This document shows positions 48,685 to 58,261 of a DNA stretch of 64,000 nt, in pieces. This DNA is from Bacilli bacterium (GTDB lineage: Bacteria; Bacillota_I; Bacilli_A; RFN20; UBA1709): contig JAZRXY010000012.1 in the NCBI GenBank assembly GCA_045600465.1, forward strand, positions 6,358 through 70,357. The letters are read 5' to 3'. The notes under the pieces were generated by a model that was not told the DNA's origin, did not search any database, and saw only the letters and a list, made by a program, of their open reading frames with translations. How positions within the stretch are numbered: the first letter of the stretch is position 1; each line of letters begins with the position of its first letter. The translations under genes were made by a program, and so were the position numbers.

Positions 48685-50419
48685 TTTTAAGCTCCTTTAA
48701 AATAGTTTTTATTAGACTATCAACATCAAGTTTTAATTCTTGTAATATTTGCTTAATACTACCCTGATTAAAATAGGCATCAGGTAATGAATAATTTAAA
48801 ACTTGAGGAATTGTGCCTTTAGTTACTAAATACTCGCTAATAGGTCCAAAAAGGCCCTTAGAAACAGAATAAATATCATAAACTACAATTGGTTTGTTTA
48901 GTTTTACTAATTTATCAATTGCGGTCTTATCAATTGGTTTATAATATCTTGCAAAAACTAGATTCGCATGAATTTTATTCTTTTTTAAATAATCTTTAAC
49001 TATTTCATAGTTAGGTCCACTAACTATAATAGAAAAGATAGCATTTTTATCTGTTTTTAAATCCCATTTGCCAATCTCAATGTCATCAATTTTATCATTA
49101 CTAATTTCAATATTTTCGCGAGGATATCTAACAAAGAACAAATTTCTAAATTTGAACGCTTGTTTAAAAATAGCTTTAGCATCACTATAGTCTTTTGGCA
49201 TTGCAATAACACTATTAGGAATAGTGCTAGCCATTGCAACGTCAAAACTACCTTGATGAGTATTACCATCTTTTCCTACTATTCCTGCGCGATCAACACC
49301 AACAACAATATTTAAATTCATTCTAGAAACATCATGAATTAATTGATCATATCCTCTTTGTAAGAAAGTAGAATAAATGCATAGATATGGTTTCTTTTTA
49401 TTGATTGCTAATGAACCTGCCATTGTAATAGCATGTTCCTCACAAATACCAACATCAATTGCCCTATCTTTAAAGTCTTTAAATATTTTGTCTAATTTAC
49501 TACCTTCACTAGTAGCAGGTGCAATGCTTACCATTTTTTTATTACGTTTCATGTAATCATAAACAATAGATGAAACAGCTTCACTCCAAGAAGTTAAGCC
49601 ATCATCATTTATCGTACCTTTTTTAACATCAAAACCACTTACGCCATGGTAAATTCCTTTTTTATCATTTTCTGCATACTTGTAGCCCTTACCTTTTTTA
49701 GTAACAACATGGACTACAACACTTTTCTTATTTCTTTTTGCTTTTTTTAAAGTGGTAATTAATTCTTTAAAATTATGACCATCAATTGGACCTAGGTAAT
49801 CAAAACCAAATTTTTCAAATAAGTTAGTATTGTTATTTATTTTAAGTTTATCTAAGGCATTAGTTAAACTACCACTAGTTTTAGTGATTGCCATTTCATT
49901 ATCATTGATAACAATGATTGCCTTCTTTTTAATATTTGCTAAATTATTCAAACCCTCAAAAGCTAATCCGTTTGCTAACGAAGCATCACCAATAACAGAA
50001 ATTACTTCTGCTTTTTCTTTATTCAATTCTAGGGCTTTTAAAAATCCGCAAGCAGCAGAAATAGAAGTGGATGAATGACCAGCTTCATAACAGTCATATT
50101 CACTTTCTTTTCTTTTTTGGAATCCTGACAAACCCCTATAATCTCTTAGTGATTTAGCAAACTTATTATATCTACCAGTTAAAATCTTATGAGTATAACA
50201 TTGATGACCAACATCAAATATTATTTTATCTTTAGGAGCATCAAACACATAATGTAGCGCAACAGTTAATTCCACCACTCCTAGGTTTGATGATAAATGT
50301 CCTCCTTTAATGGAAACAGTATTGATAATAGCATTTCTAATTTCAGCCGAAAGTTCTTCAAGTTCTTGATAACTTAAAGCTTTCAAAAATTTAGGATCTT
50401 TAATTTTAGTTAAATCCAT
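48677..50419 (-). CDS. dxs: 1-deoxy-D-xylulose-5-phosphate synthase
   Basis: TPP motif GDASLANGLAFEGLNN, GHSSTSISAA, and transketolase-like domains. Start ATG 50419 after AAAGGTGG. The ORF track extends it to 50455. Confidence 0.9.
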   Translation of the reverse strand: MDLTKIKDPKFLKALSYQELEELSAEIRNAIINTVSIKGGHLSSNLGVVELTVALHYVFDAPKDKIIFDVGHQCYTHKILTGRYNKFAKSLRDYRGLSGFQKRKESEYDCYEAGHSSTSISAACGFLKALELNKEKAEVISVIGDASLANGLAFEGLNNLANIKKKAIIVINDNEMAITKTSGSLTNALDKLKINNNTNLFEKFGFDYLGPIDGHNFKELITTLKKAKRNKKSVVVHVVTKKGKGYKYAENDKKGIYHGVSGFDVKKGTINDDGLTSWSEAVSSIVYDYMKRNKKMVSIAPATSEGSKLDKIFKDFKDRAIDVGICEEHAITMAGSLAINKKKPYLCIYSTFLQRGYDQLIHDVSRMNLNIVVGVDRAGIVGKDGNTHQGSFDVAMASTIPNSVIAMPKDYSDAKAIFKQAFKFRNLFFVRYPRENIEISNDKIDDIEIGKWDLKTDKNAIFSIIVSGPNYEIVKDYLKKNKIHANLVFARYYKPIDKTAIDKLVKLNKPIVVYDIYSVSKGLFGPISEYLVTKGTIPQVLNYSLPDAYFNQGSIKQILQELKLDVDSLIKTILKELKND

Positions 50420-50438
50420 GCTACCACCTTTAAATAAA

Positions 50439-50657
50439 CTAGTCTTCTGCAACAAAATCTTTTAAAGTGTCATTTTCAAGTATTTTAGCAGCTTTATCTT
50501 CGACACTTTTTAATTTAGTTTCGCATTCTCTTACTAAGCAAATACCTTCTTCAAATAGTTTCAATGATTCATCTAGTGATGTTTTTCCTTCTTCTAATGA
50601 GGAAACAATTTCTTCTAGACGAGTGATTGATTGTTCAAAATTTAGTTCCTTTTCCAT
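50439..50657 (-). CDS. xseB: Exodeoxyribonuclease VII small subunit
   Basis: 72-aa helical protein. Motif FEQSITRLEEIVSSLEEG. Confidence 0.85.
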   Translation of the reverse strand: MEKELNFEQSITRLEEIVSSLEEGKTSLDESLKLFEEGICLVRECETKLKSVEDKAAKILENDTLKDFVAED

Positions 50658-51919
50658 TATTTTCCCTCCTTGCTAGTAACACTAGCTAGTAAGCTTCCAT
50701 CGCTTAATCTAATCTTAATTTCATCTTTTAAATTAACTTTATTTATTGATTCAATAGCAACATTATCTTTTAAAACAATGCCGTATCCCCTATTTAAAAC
50801 ATTAAGTGGGTTCATTGAATTTAATTTAGTTAATAACAGTTTATATTCATTAACCTTTTTCTGCTTAATTAATTTGAATTCATTCTTAATGGCTTCTTTT
50901 TTAGAAGATAATGCTAGTGTCAATTCTTTAAACATTTCTTCTTTAGATTTAAGTAATGCATTTCTTAAGGCATCTAATTGTAAAACCTTAGTTGCATATA
51001 AAGATTCACTAGAAGTTAAGACTCTTGCTTCTTTATAGTGATTTAAAACCATCCTAGATTGTTCTATTTCTTTGCGTAATGCATTAAATAATCTATTCTT
51101 ATTTTGTAATACTAGATCTTGCAATTCTAAGATGTTTGGTGTTGCAAGCTCTGCTCCTGCTGTAGGTGTTGCAGCTCTTATATCTGCAACAAAGTCAGAG
51201 ATTGTAAAGTCTATTTCATGTCCTACCGCGCTGATAATTGGAGTTTTTGTAGCATAAATTTGTCTAGCAACAATTTCTTCATTGAATGGCCATAAATCTT
51301 CAATACTTCCGCCCCCTCTACCAAAGATGATTACATCAAAGTTCATTTCATCAGCCTTTTTCAAAGCTTTAACCAATGATTCTTTGGCATCTTCTCCTTG
51401 GACTAGTGCTGGGATAAGCACTAAATTAGCAATTGGCCAACGACGCGTTGTTGTAGTGATAATATCTCTAATTGCTGCCCCTTTTGGTGCCGTGATAACG
51501 CCAATATTTATTGGATATTTTGGGATTGCTATTTTATGAGATTCATCAAATAAGCCTTCCTCGTATAATTTCTTCTTTAATTTTTCATATTCTTGATATA
51601 GTGAACCACTACCAACTAGTTCGATTTTACTAACATAAAGTTGATAAGTCCCCGCTTTTTCATAGACACCAATACTAGCTGTTACAATAACTTTAGACCC
51701 GTCTTTAATGTCTTCTTTTACTTTACTAGCATTAGACGCAAACATAACGGCATTAATTCTAGATTCTTCATCTTTTAGCGTAAAATACCAATGACCCGTA
51801 AAATGTTTTTTAAGATTAGATATTTCACCCGTGACTAAAATATGCTTAAAGCGATAATCACTTTCAAGCAATTGTTTAATATATCGGTTAATTAAACCAA
51901 CACTAATCGCATTCTCCAT
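50657..51919 (-). CDS. xseA: Exodeoxyribonuclease VII large subunit
   Basis: OB-fold N-terminus followed by a catalytic domain (GRGGGS). Length 420 aa. Confidence 0.88.
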   Translation of the reverse strand: MENAISVGLINRYIKQLLESDYRFKHILVTGEISNLKKHFTGHWYFTLKDEESRINAVMFASNASKVKEDIKDGSKVIVTASIGVYEKAGTYQLYVSKIELVGSGSLYQEYEKLKKKLYEEGLFDESHKIAIPKYPINIGVITAPKGAAIRDIITTTTRRWPIANLVLIPALVQGEDAKESLVKALKKADEMNFDVIIFGRGGGSIEDLWPFNEEIVARQIYATKTPIISAVGHEIDFTISDFVADIRAATPTAGAELATPNILELQDLVLQNKNRLFNALRKEIEQSRMVLNHYKEARVLTSSESLYATKVLQLDALRNALLKSKEEMFKELTLALSSKKEAIKNEFKLIKQKKVNEYKLLLTKLNSMNPLNVLNRGYGIVLKDNVAIESINKVNLKDEIKIRLSDGSLLASVTSKEGK

Positions 51920-52358
51920 CTAGCACTTTCTCCAATACTGCATTGATAAACTTATAAGATTCAGCATCAGCATAGTTTTGAGCTAGTTTAACAGCAACTT
52001 TTATTATGATTGCTTTTGGTTGGTTAAGATAGTTTCCTTCAACATAGCCTAAAACTAAAATAGCTTGTTCAACTAAAGATAGTCTAGCAAACTTATATTT
52101 TACTAAATGAGGTTCAATGTTTTCGATTGCTTCACTTGCATGCTTAATTGTTTCAACTATTGTCTTTTTTGCAAAAGGATCGATATTTGCTAAATCACAA
52201 TCAAATACATCTTTCATTATTTCTTTAATGTCTGGTTTTTCTTCAATTTTTAGATAGAAAAAATATTGGTAGATACAAGTCATAATCTTACCATGTAATT
52301 GGTTACGTGAAATTGTGTCTTTTTTTGCCTCAATTTTCCCCATTTCAAAAACCTCCAA
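51903..52358 (-). CDS. nusB: Transcription antitermination factor NusB
   Basis: NusB-like helical protein directly upstream of xseA, as in the Bacillus nusB-folD-xseAB-ispA-dxs region. Here folD and ispA are absent. Confidence 0.75.
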   Translation of the reverse strand: MEVFEMGKIEAKKDTISRNQLHGKIMTCIYQYFFYLKIEEKPDIKEIMKDVFDCDLANIDPFAKKTIVETIKHASEAIENIEPHLVKYKFARLSLVEQAILVLGYVEGNYLNQPKAIIIKVAVKLAQNYADAESYKFINAVLEKVLDGECD

Positions 52359-52440
52359 ACGAATACATTTACAATTTTAGCACAATTATTATAATAATTG
52401 TAGTATAATAAAACAAAAGTTACTTAAAAGGAGTATAACC

Positions 52441-53148
52441 ATGGCTAAAATAAAAAAGAAAGTTAATACCAAATTAGACAGTGAAGAAGCTATCAACAAA
52501 AAAATAGCTGAATTAACTGCTGATTATGATAAAGATATAAATAAAAAGAAAACTAAAACCCCTAAAGATTCTTTAAAAGAAAAAGGAGTTAAAAGTAAAA
52601 CTCTAGAAAAAAATGCTAGTGATTTAACTACGGAAGAACTTGTTGAATTATTAAGAAAAAAACAAGGGAATGAAGATCTTTCAGGTGAAAGCATTAATGT
52701 CATGATTAAAAAGCAAGAGCAAGAAGAACATGATAAAAAAATTGAAAATCTTACTACTCCTGAATTAAAAGAATTCTTTGAATTTGAGTTAGACCATAAG
52801 AAAAAAGGCCTAATTACTACCGGCCTAGTCTTATTATTTGGTTTATTGATATTTGCTTTCCTTCTCTATTTTGTTATTAGAGGAGATGTTGAAACCTATG
52901 ACTCATTATTCTATGGCTTAGGCATGGGATTTTTACTAGCACTAGTTTGTGCGATAAGTTTAATCATTGATTTAAAAGAGATTAAAACCTTGAAAAAAGC
53001 AGTTATAGATCCTGAAAAATATCGTTATCTAACTATTCCAGAACGTCCTGCTTATCTAGATAATGAAAAAGAAGGATATAGCACAATAAAAATCCATGAA
53101 ACTAGATTCCAAAAATTCATGGAAAATAAAGCTAAAAAATTAAAATAA
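52441..53148 (+). CDS. Hypothetical Lys-rich membrane protein (2 TM)
   Basis: RBS AAAAGGAG. 235 aa. No family recognised. Confidence 0.5.
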   Translation: MAKIKKKVNTKLDSEEAINKKIAELTADYDKDINKKKTKTPKDSLKEKGVKSKTLEKNASDLTTEELVELLRKKQGNEDLSGESINVMIKKQEQEEHDKKIENLTTPELKEFFEFELDHKKKGLITTGLVLLFGLLIFAFLLYFVIRGDVETYDSLFYGLGMGFLLALVCAISLIIDLKEIKTLKKAVIDPEKYRYLTIPERPAYLDNEKEGYSTIKIHETRFQKFMENKAKKLK

Positions 53149-53154
53149 TTTATT

Positions 53155-53184
53155 AAAAAAGTCCTGTAATCAGGACTTTATTTA
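53155..53184. terminator. Bidirectional terminator between convergent genes
   Basis: AAAGTCCTG-taat-CAGGACTTT, flanked by A and T runs. Confidence 0.6.
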
Positions 53185-53537
53185 TCTTTATTAATACCAT
53201 CAACAATGAAGTGAGTTTTTAATGGTTTAATCTCTGTTGTAAACATCATAACACTTTCAATTTTTTCTTGTAAGTTTCGACAGACATCTTCAACGTTGAA
53301 ACCATATTTAATTGATAAGTTAATGGTAATTAGTAGTTCTCCTGCTGCATTGAATTTGCAGACAACGTTATCTTTTTGCCATAAAACTGAATGGCTTTCA
53401 GGTAATATTACGCCTTCTACTTCTTTACAAGCTGTTTCAACGATTTCAGTTATTGCTTTAGTAGCAATACCTAAGTCGCCATTAGTTGTGAAATTTTTTA
53501 TCATGTGATATTTGTATTTCATAGCCATAATATTCAC
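53178..53537 (-). CDS. Asp23/Gls24-family alkaline shock protein
   Basis: Asp23-family (DUF322-like) sequence. Motifs GIATKAITEIV and VEGV. About 116 aa. Confidence 0.75.
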   Translation of the reverse strand: MNIMAMKYKYHMIKNFTTNGDLGIATKAITEIVETACKEVEGVILPESHSVLWQKDNVVCKFNAAGELLITINLSIKYGFNVEDVCRNLQEKIESVMMFTTEIKPLKTHFIVDGINKDK

Positions 53538-53587
53538 CTCTTCTATATAGTTATTATAGCATTCTTATTAAAAAGAAAAAAGTTATT

Positions 53588-54205
53588 TTATAATCTAGAT
53601 AAATATCCATTCATACCATGCTTCATTCGCCCTAAATTAGCGCTATTTTCATGACCTGGATAAACGGTATAATCATCACTTAAAGTTGCCACTAATTTAA
53701 GCGATTCTAACATCGTAGAATAATTCCCACCAGGAAGATCAGTTCTACCAATATCAAATGCAAAAACACAATCTCCAGTAAAAATAGCATTGCTATCTTT
53801 AAAGATAAAAGAAACACTTCCTTCACTGTGCCCTGGAGTATTTAAAATAATAATATTTTCATCTTTGAATTTTGAAATATCAATGATTTCACTTTTTAGT
53901 AGTAAATCAAAACCAAATAATGGATATAAGCATTGCTTATTAGGTCTAGAAATAAAGACCATATCTTTTAAGTCCATATAAACAGGGCATTTAAAATATT
54001 CTGACACTTGATCAACTGCCCCACAATGGTCAAAATGTCCATGAGTAAGTAGGATTGCTTTTACCTTGTTATAGTGTCTTTCGGCATAATCAATAATTAA
54101 GTTAAAATCATAACCTGGATCAATGATGTAGCAACCAGTTGCATCTCCTACAATATAGGTATTAGCTTGAACAGGACCATTACATAATTGTTTGATATTT
54201 TGCAT
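53588..54205 (-). CDS. Metallo-beta-lactamase-fold hydrolase (glyoxalase II-like)
   Basis: THGHFDHCG motif. Length 205 aa. Confidence 0.75.
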   Translation of the reverse strand: MQNIKQLCNGPVQANTYIVGDATGCYIIDPGYDFNLIIDYAERHYNKVKAILLTHGHFDHCGAVDQVSEYFKCPVYMDLKDMVFISRPNKQCLYPLFGFDLLLKSEIIDISKFKDENIIILNTPGHSEGSVSFIFKDSNAIFTGDCVFAFDIGRTDLPGGNYSTMLESLKLVATLSDDYTVYPGHENSANLGRMKHGMNGYLSRL

Positions 54206-54242
54206 TTTTCCACTCCCTTATACGAAAAAAACCTTTTCAGGT

Positions 54243-54392
54243 TTATTTCTTTTCCTTATGAACTGTCTTCTTTTGGCATCTTGGACAGTACTTTTTAATT
54301 TCTGCACGGTCTGGATGAAGTTTCTTATTTTTTGTACCAATATAGTTTTCTTCGCCGCATTCTGTGCATTTGTATGTGATATAATCGCGCAT
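54243..54392 (-). CDS. rpmG: 50S ribosomal protein L33 (zinc-ribbon form)
   Basis: [17 protein letters not shown]...[12 protein letters not shown]. 49 aa. The ORF track extends the N-terminus spuriously to 54434. Confidence 0.85.
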   Translation of the reverse strand: MRDYITYKCTECGEENYIGTKNKKLHPDRAEIKKYCPRCQKKTVHKEKK

Positions 54393-54505
54393 AAAAACAC
54401 CTCCGAATAAATAATTCCGAATACATATTATCATAAAAGTTAAAATATTGCTAGTATTTTATCAATCTTTATAACACTTTATGTTATAATGGAAATGGTG
54501 ATAAT

Positions 54506-55555
54506 GTGATTACTAGGGAAAAAACTTTAAAAATCAAAGTTGGAAATCTCTATATTGGAGGTTCTAACGATATCATTATTCAATCAATGTGCACTCATAA
54601 AACTAGTAAAACTGATCTAGTTATTAAGCAAATTAATGAACTAGAAAAAGTGGGCTGTAAACTAATAAGAGTGTCTATTTTAGATGAAAACGATGCTAAG
54701 GCAATTAGTGAAATTAAAAAGCACATTTCTATCCCTCTAGTAGCAGATATTCATTTTGATTATAAATTAGCTATTTTAGCCATTAAAAATGGCGCAGATA
54801 AAATTAGAATAAACCCGGGAAATTTGGGAGACATCTCACATTTCAAAGCAGTAATTGAAGAGGCTAAAAAAACCGATATTGCAATTAGAATCGGCGTTAA
54901 TAGTGGTTCAATTAGTAAAGAGTTTTTAACTAAGTTTAAAGATCCTAGATTAGCAATGATTCAAAGTATGGTTTATTACATTGATGTTGCAGAGAAACTT
55001 GGCTTTAAAAAATTAATTTTATCTATTAAATCTTCTAGTGTTGTAGAAACAATTAAAGCTAATGAATTTCTAGCAACCACTTCTCGTTACCCACTTCATT
55101 TGGGAATCACTGAAGCTGGTGATTTAAAAACTAGTTTAGTAAGATCATCTGCAGGACTAGGGATCTTATTAAATGAAGGTTTAGGTAACACTATAAGAAT
55201 TTCTATTAGCGACTCTCCTAACGAAGAAATATATGCTGCTAAAGAATTACTAAATTCATTTAATTTAATTAAAGATACCCCAAAACTTATTTCATGCCCT
55301 ACTTGTGGTAGATGTGAAATTGATCTATTTAAAGTAGTTAATAAAATAAAACCAATTCTTCAAGAAATAAATAAACCTATAAGTGTTGCAATAATGGGTT
55401 GTATTGTTAATGGCCCTGGAGAAGCAAGTAATGCTGATATAGGTATTGCTGGTGGCCATAATGAATTTGTTTTATTTAAAAAAGGTAAAATTATTGCAAA
55501 ATATAATGAAGACGAGATAGTCGATGTCTTAATAAAAGAAATAAAAAATTTGTAA
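54506..55555 (+). CDS. ispG: 4-hydroxy-3-methylbut-2-enyl diphosphate synthase (flavodoxin)
   Basis: GcpE-family sequence with a C-terminal [4Fe-4S] Cys triad (CPTCGRC...C). GTG start. Confidence 0.9.
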   Translation: MITREKTLKIKVGNLYIGGSNDIIIQSMCTHKTSKTDLVIKQINELEKVGCKLIRVSILDENDAKAISEIKKHISIPLVADIHFDYKLAILAIKNGADKIRINPGNLGDISHFKAVIEEAKKTDIAIRIGVNSGSISKEFLTKFKDPRLAMIQSMVYYIDVAEKLGFKKLILSIKSSSVVETIKANEFLATTSRYPLHLGITEAGDLKTSLVRSSAGLGILLNEGLGNTIRISISDSPNEEIYAAKELLNSFNLIKDTPKLISCPTCGRCEIDLFKVVNKIKPILQEINKPISVAIMGCIVNGPGEASNADIGIAGGHNEFVLFKKGKIIAKYNEDEIVDVLIKEIKNL

Positions 55556-55665
55556 AAAGTCCCTAAAAATCATGTGTTTCAGCACATGGCTTTCTTTTTC
55601 TCTTATGTTTATAACATTTTTATGTTATAATAAAGACAACAAGTAGAGAGGGAGGATTTTTTCTA

Positions 55666-57300
55666 ATGAATAAATCAAAATTATTTGTTAAATCTGTTAG
55701 CTCAATTGTTTTAACTGCTGCTATGGCATTATCGACAGTTGCTTGTGGCGAAACAAACAGTGCAATTAAAACAATTACTAAAGAAGCTAACAAAACACAA
55801 GGTGAATATACTGGAAAAACAGTTATTCTTCATTCTAACGACACACACGGTGCTGTCGAAGGCTTCGCTTTCATGGAAGCATTAAAAGCTCAATACGAAG
55901 CAGATGGAGCAACAGTCATCCTAGTTGATGATGGTGACTTCACACAAGGTTCAACTTATGTTAGCCTATCAAAAGGTCTAAATGCAGTCGAATTAATGGA
56001 CAAAGCTGGTTACGACATTGTCGCATTAGGTAACCACGAATTCGATTATGGTTATGATCAATTAGTTTCAAACTTCAGCAAAGCAAGTTTCCTACCATTA
56101 TGTTCAGACGTCTTTAAAGATGGTAAAACAATCTTTGATTCAGAAGTTATCGTCAAAGTTGGCGATTTAAAAATCGGTTTCTTTGCTCTAGAAACACCAG
56201 AAACACAAACAAAAGTTAACCCTGGTTTAATCAAAGGATTATCATTTGTTCAACTAGAAGAACTATATAAATTAGCTCAAGATGAAGCTGATTTATTACA
56301 CAAATCAGCTGACTTAGTCTTCTGCCTAGGACATTTAGGTGTTGATTTAGAATCAGTTGGTAATAGATCAGTTGACGTTTTAAACCATGTTAATGGTATC
56401 GACTTCTTCATTGATGGACACTCACATACAGTTATGTCATATGAAGGACTACAAAGTACAGGTACAGCATTTGCAAACGTTGGTTATGTTGTCGTTGATA
56501 ACAAAACAAAAACAATCGAAAGCAATGGCTTAATTTCTACAGAAAACATTGACACATCAAAAACAGCTACATTAAAAGAAGCTCAAAAAATCACTAGTGA
56601 AGTTGATGAAAAGTATAATGCACCATTCGCTTCAACAGAAGTATTCTTAAATGGTACAAAAGCATATGTTCGTTCACAAGAAACTAACCTAGGCGACTTA
56701 ATCGCTGACTCAATGGTTTGGAACGTATTAAATGCAGGTGCAATCGAAGTTGATGCAGACCACGTAGTTGGTGTCACAAATGGTGGCGGTATCCGTGCTG
56801 ATATCAACGAAGGTACATTCTCAATGAACGATGTCTTCACAGTATTACCATTCGGTAACACAATTGCTGTTGACTACATCACAGGTGCTGAATTACTAGA
56901 AGCATTAGAAGCTTCAACATACTGCACACCTTCTGCAGTTGGTGGATTCCCACAAGTCGCAGGCATTGAATTTACAATTGATACATCAATTGAATTTGAT
57001 GCAGGTGAATTATATCCAGAATCAACATACAATGCTCCAAAATCAATTAAGCGTGTTACAATTAACTCAATCAATGGTAAAGCATTTGATTCAAAAGCAA
57101 CATACGCAGTTGTTACAAACAACTTTACAGCAGCTGGTGGAGATACATATTATTCATTCAAGCGTGCTTATGATGCTGGTAATGGCTTCGATACATCAAT
57201 TCCTCTAGACGAAGGTCTAAAGATGTACATCGAAGAAGAACTTGGTGGAAAAGTTACATCTAAGTATGCTGAAGCACAAGGACGTATCATTATTAAGTAA
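55666..57300 (+). CDS. Lipoprotein 5'-nucleotidase / metallophosphoesterase (UshA/YfkN-like)
   Basis: Signal peptide with lipobox-like ...LSTVAC. Metallophosphatase motifs (HSNDTHG, GNHEFD). C-terminal 5'-nucleotidase domain. Confidence 0.8.
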   Translation: MNKSKLFVKSVSSIVLTAAMALSTVACGETNSAIKTITKEANKTQGEYTGKTVILHSNDTHGAVEGFAFMEALKAQYEADGATVILVDDGDFTQGSTYVSLSKGLNAVELMDKAGYDIVALGNHEFDYGYDQLVSNFSKASFLPLCSDVFKDGKTIFDSEVIVKVGDLKIGFFALETPETQTKVNPGLIKGLSFVQLEELYKLAQDEADLLHKSADLVFCLGHLGVDLESVGNRSVDVLNHVNGIDFFIDGHSHTVMSYEGLQSTGTAFANVGYVVVDNKTKTIESNGLISTENIDTSKTATLKEAQKITSEVDEKYNAPFASTEVFLNGTKAYVRSQETNLGDLIADSMVWNVLNAGAIEVDADHVVGVTNGGGIRADINEGTFSMNDVFTVLPFGNTIAVDYITGAELLEALEASTYCTPSAVGGFPQVAGIEFTIDTSIEFDAGELYPESTYNAPKSIKRVTINSINGKAFDSKATYAVVTNNFTAAGGDTYYSFKRAYDAGNGFDTSIPLDEGLKMYIEEELGGKVTSKYAEAQGRIIIK

Positions 57301-57313
57301 TTTAATAAAACAC

Positions 57314-57349
57314 AAAAAATGGAGATAGCATTCGCTATCTCCTTTTCTT
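57314..57349. terminator. Bidirectional terminator
   Basis: GGAGATAGC-attc-GCTATCTCC followed by TTTTCTTTT. Confidence 0.6.
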
Positions 57350-58261
57350 TTACTTCCCTTGTCTAACTAGTAATTCTTCTACCATCTTATCATTGAATGA
57401 TTTATTCTTAATCATTTGAATTTCTTCCTTGTAAGGAGGAAGATCTCCTACAAAAGGAGTTTCAAGTATTTTAATAACACTTTCAAGTTTAGGATGATAT
57501 ATGATATTAATCAAAGTTTGAAAACCTAGATTACCAAAGCCAAAGTTTTCGTGTCTATCTTTATGAGAACCTAATGGATTCTTACTATCATTAATATGGA
57601 ATACTTTAACTTTATCTAAACCGACAATTTGATCAAATTTATCTAAAAATTCATCAATTTTTGTTAAATCATAACCAGAATCACTTAGATGACACGAATC
57701 TAGACATACCCCTAAACGTTCTTTCTTTTTAACATTGTCTAGGATGAATTTTAACTCTTCCATAGTAGAGCCAAGTTCACTTCCTTTTCCTGCCATTGAT
57801 TCTAGTAAAATTACGACATTACTATCATCATCTTCTAGAGTTAGATTTAAATTATCAACAATTGATTGTAAACCTTCTTCTTTAGTTTTCTTAACTGCAC
57901 TCCCTGGATGAAGTACTAAGTATATACAGCCAATTTGAGCTACTCTTTTTAATTCTTCTTTTAAAAACTTAACAGGAAAATTATCATTGGGATCTTTAAT
58001 ATTAGCTAAGTTAATAATATATGGTGCATGTATAACAACATTCTTAATATCAATACCATTTGCTTCCATTAATTCTTTGGCTTCTTTGACCTTAAAAGAT
58101 GAAATAGGTTTTCTAATTGTATTTTGAGGGGCTCCTGTATAAAACATGAAAGTATTAGCACCATAACTTAATGCATCTTTAGTGGAGCCTAGTAGCATTT
58201 CACTACCAGAAACATTAACGTGACTACCAATAATTAAATTATAATTACTCATAGTAATCAC
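57350..58261 (-). CDS. nfo: Endonuclease IV
   Basis: AP-endonuclease-2 TIM-barrel motifs (HAPYIINLA, LESMAGKG, HLSDSGYD). Confidence 0.88.
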   Translation of the reverse strand: MITMSNYNLIIGSHVNVSGSEMLLGSTKDALSYGANTFMFYTGAPQNTIRKPISSFKVKEAKELMEANGIDIKNVVIHAPYIINLANIKDPNDNFPVKFLKEELKRVAQIGCIYLVLHPGSAVKKTKEEGLQSIVDNLNLTLEDDDSNVVILLESMAGKGSELGSTMEELKFILDNVKKKERLGVCLDSCHLSDSGYDLTKIDEFLDKFDQIVGLDKVKVFHINDSKNPLGSHKDRHENFGFGNLGFQTLINIIYHPKLESVIKILETPFVGDLPPYKEEIQMIKNKSFNDKMVEELLVRQGK

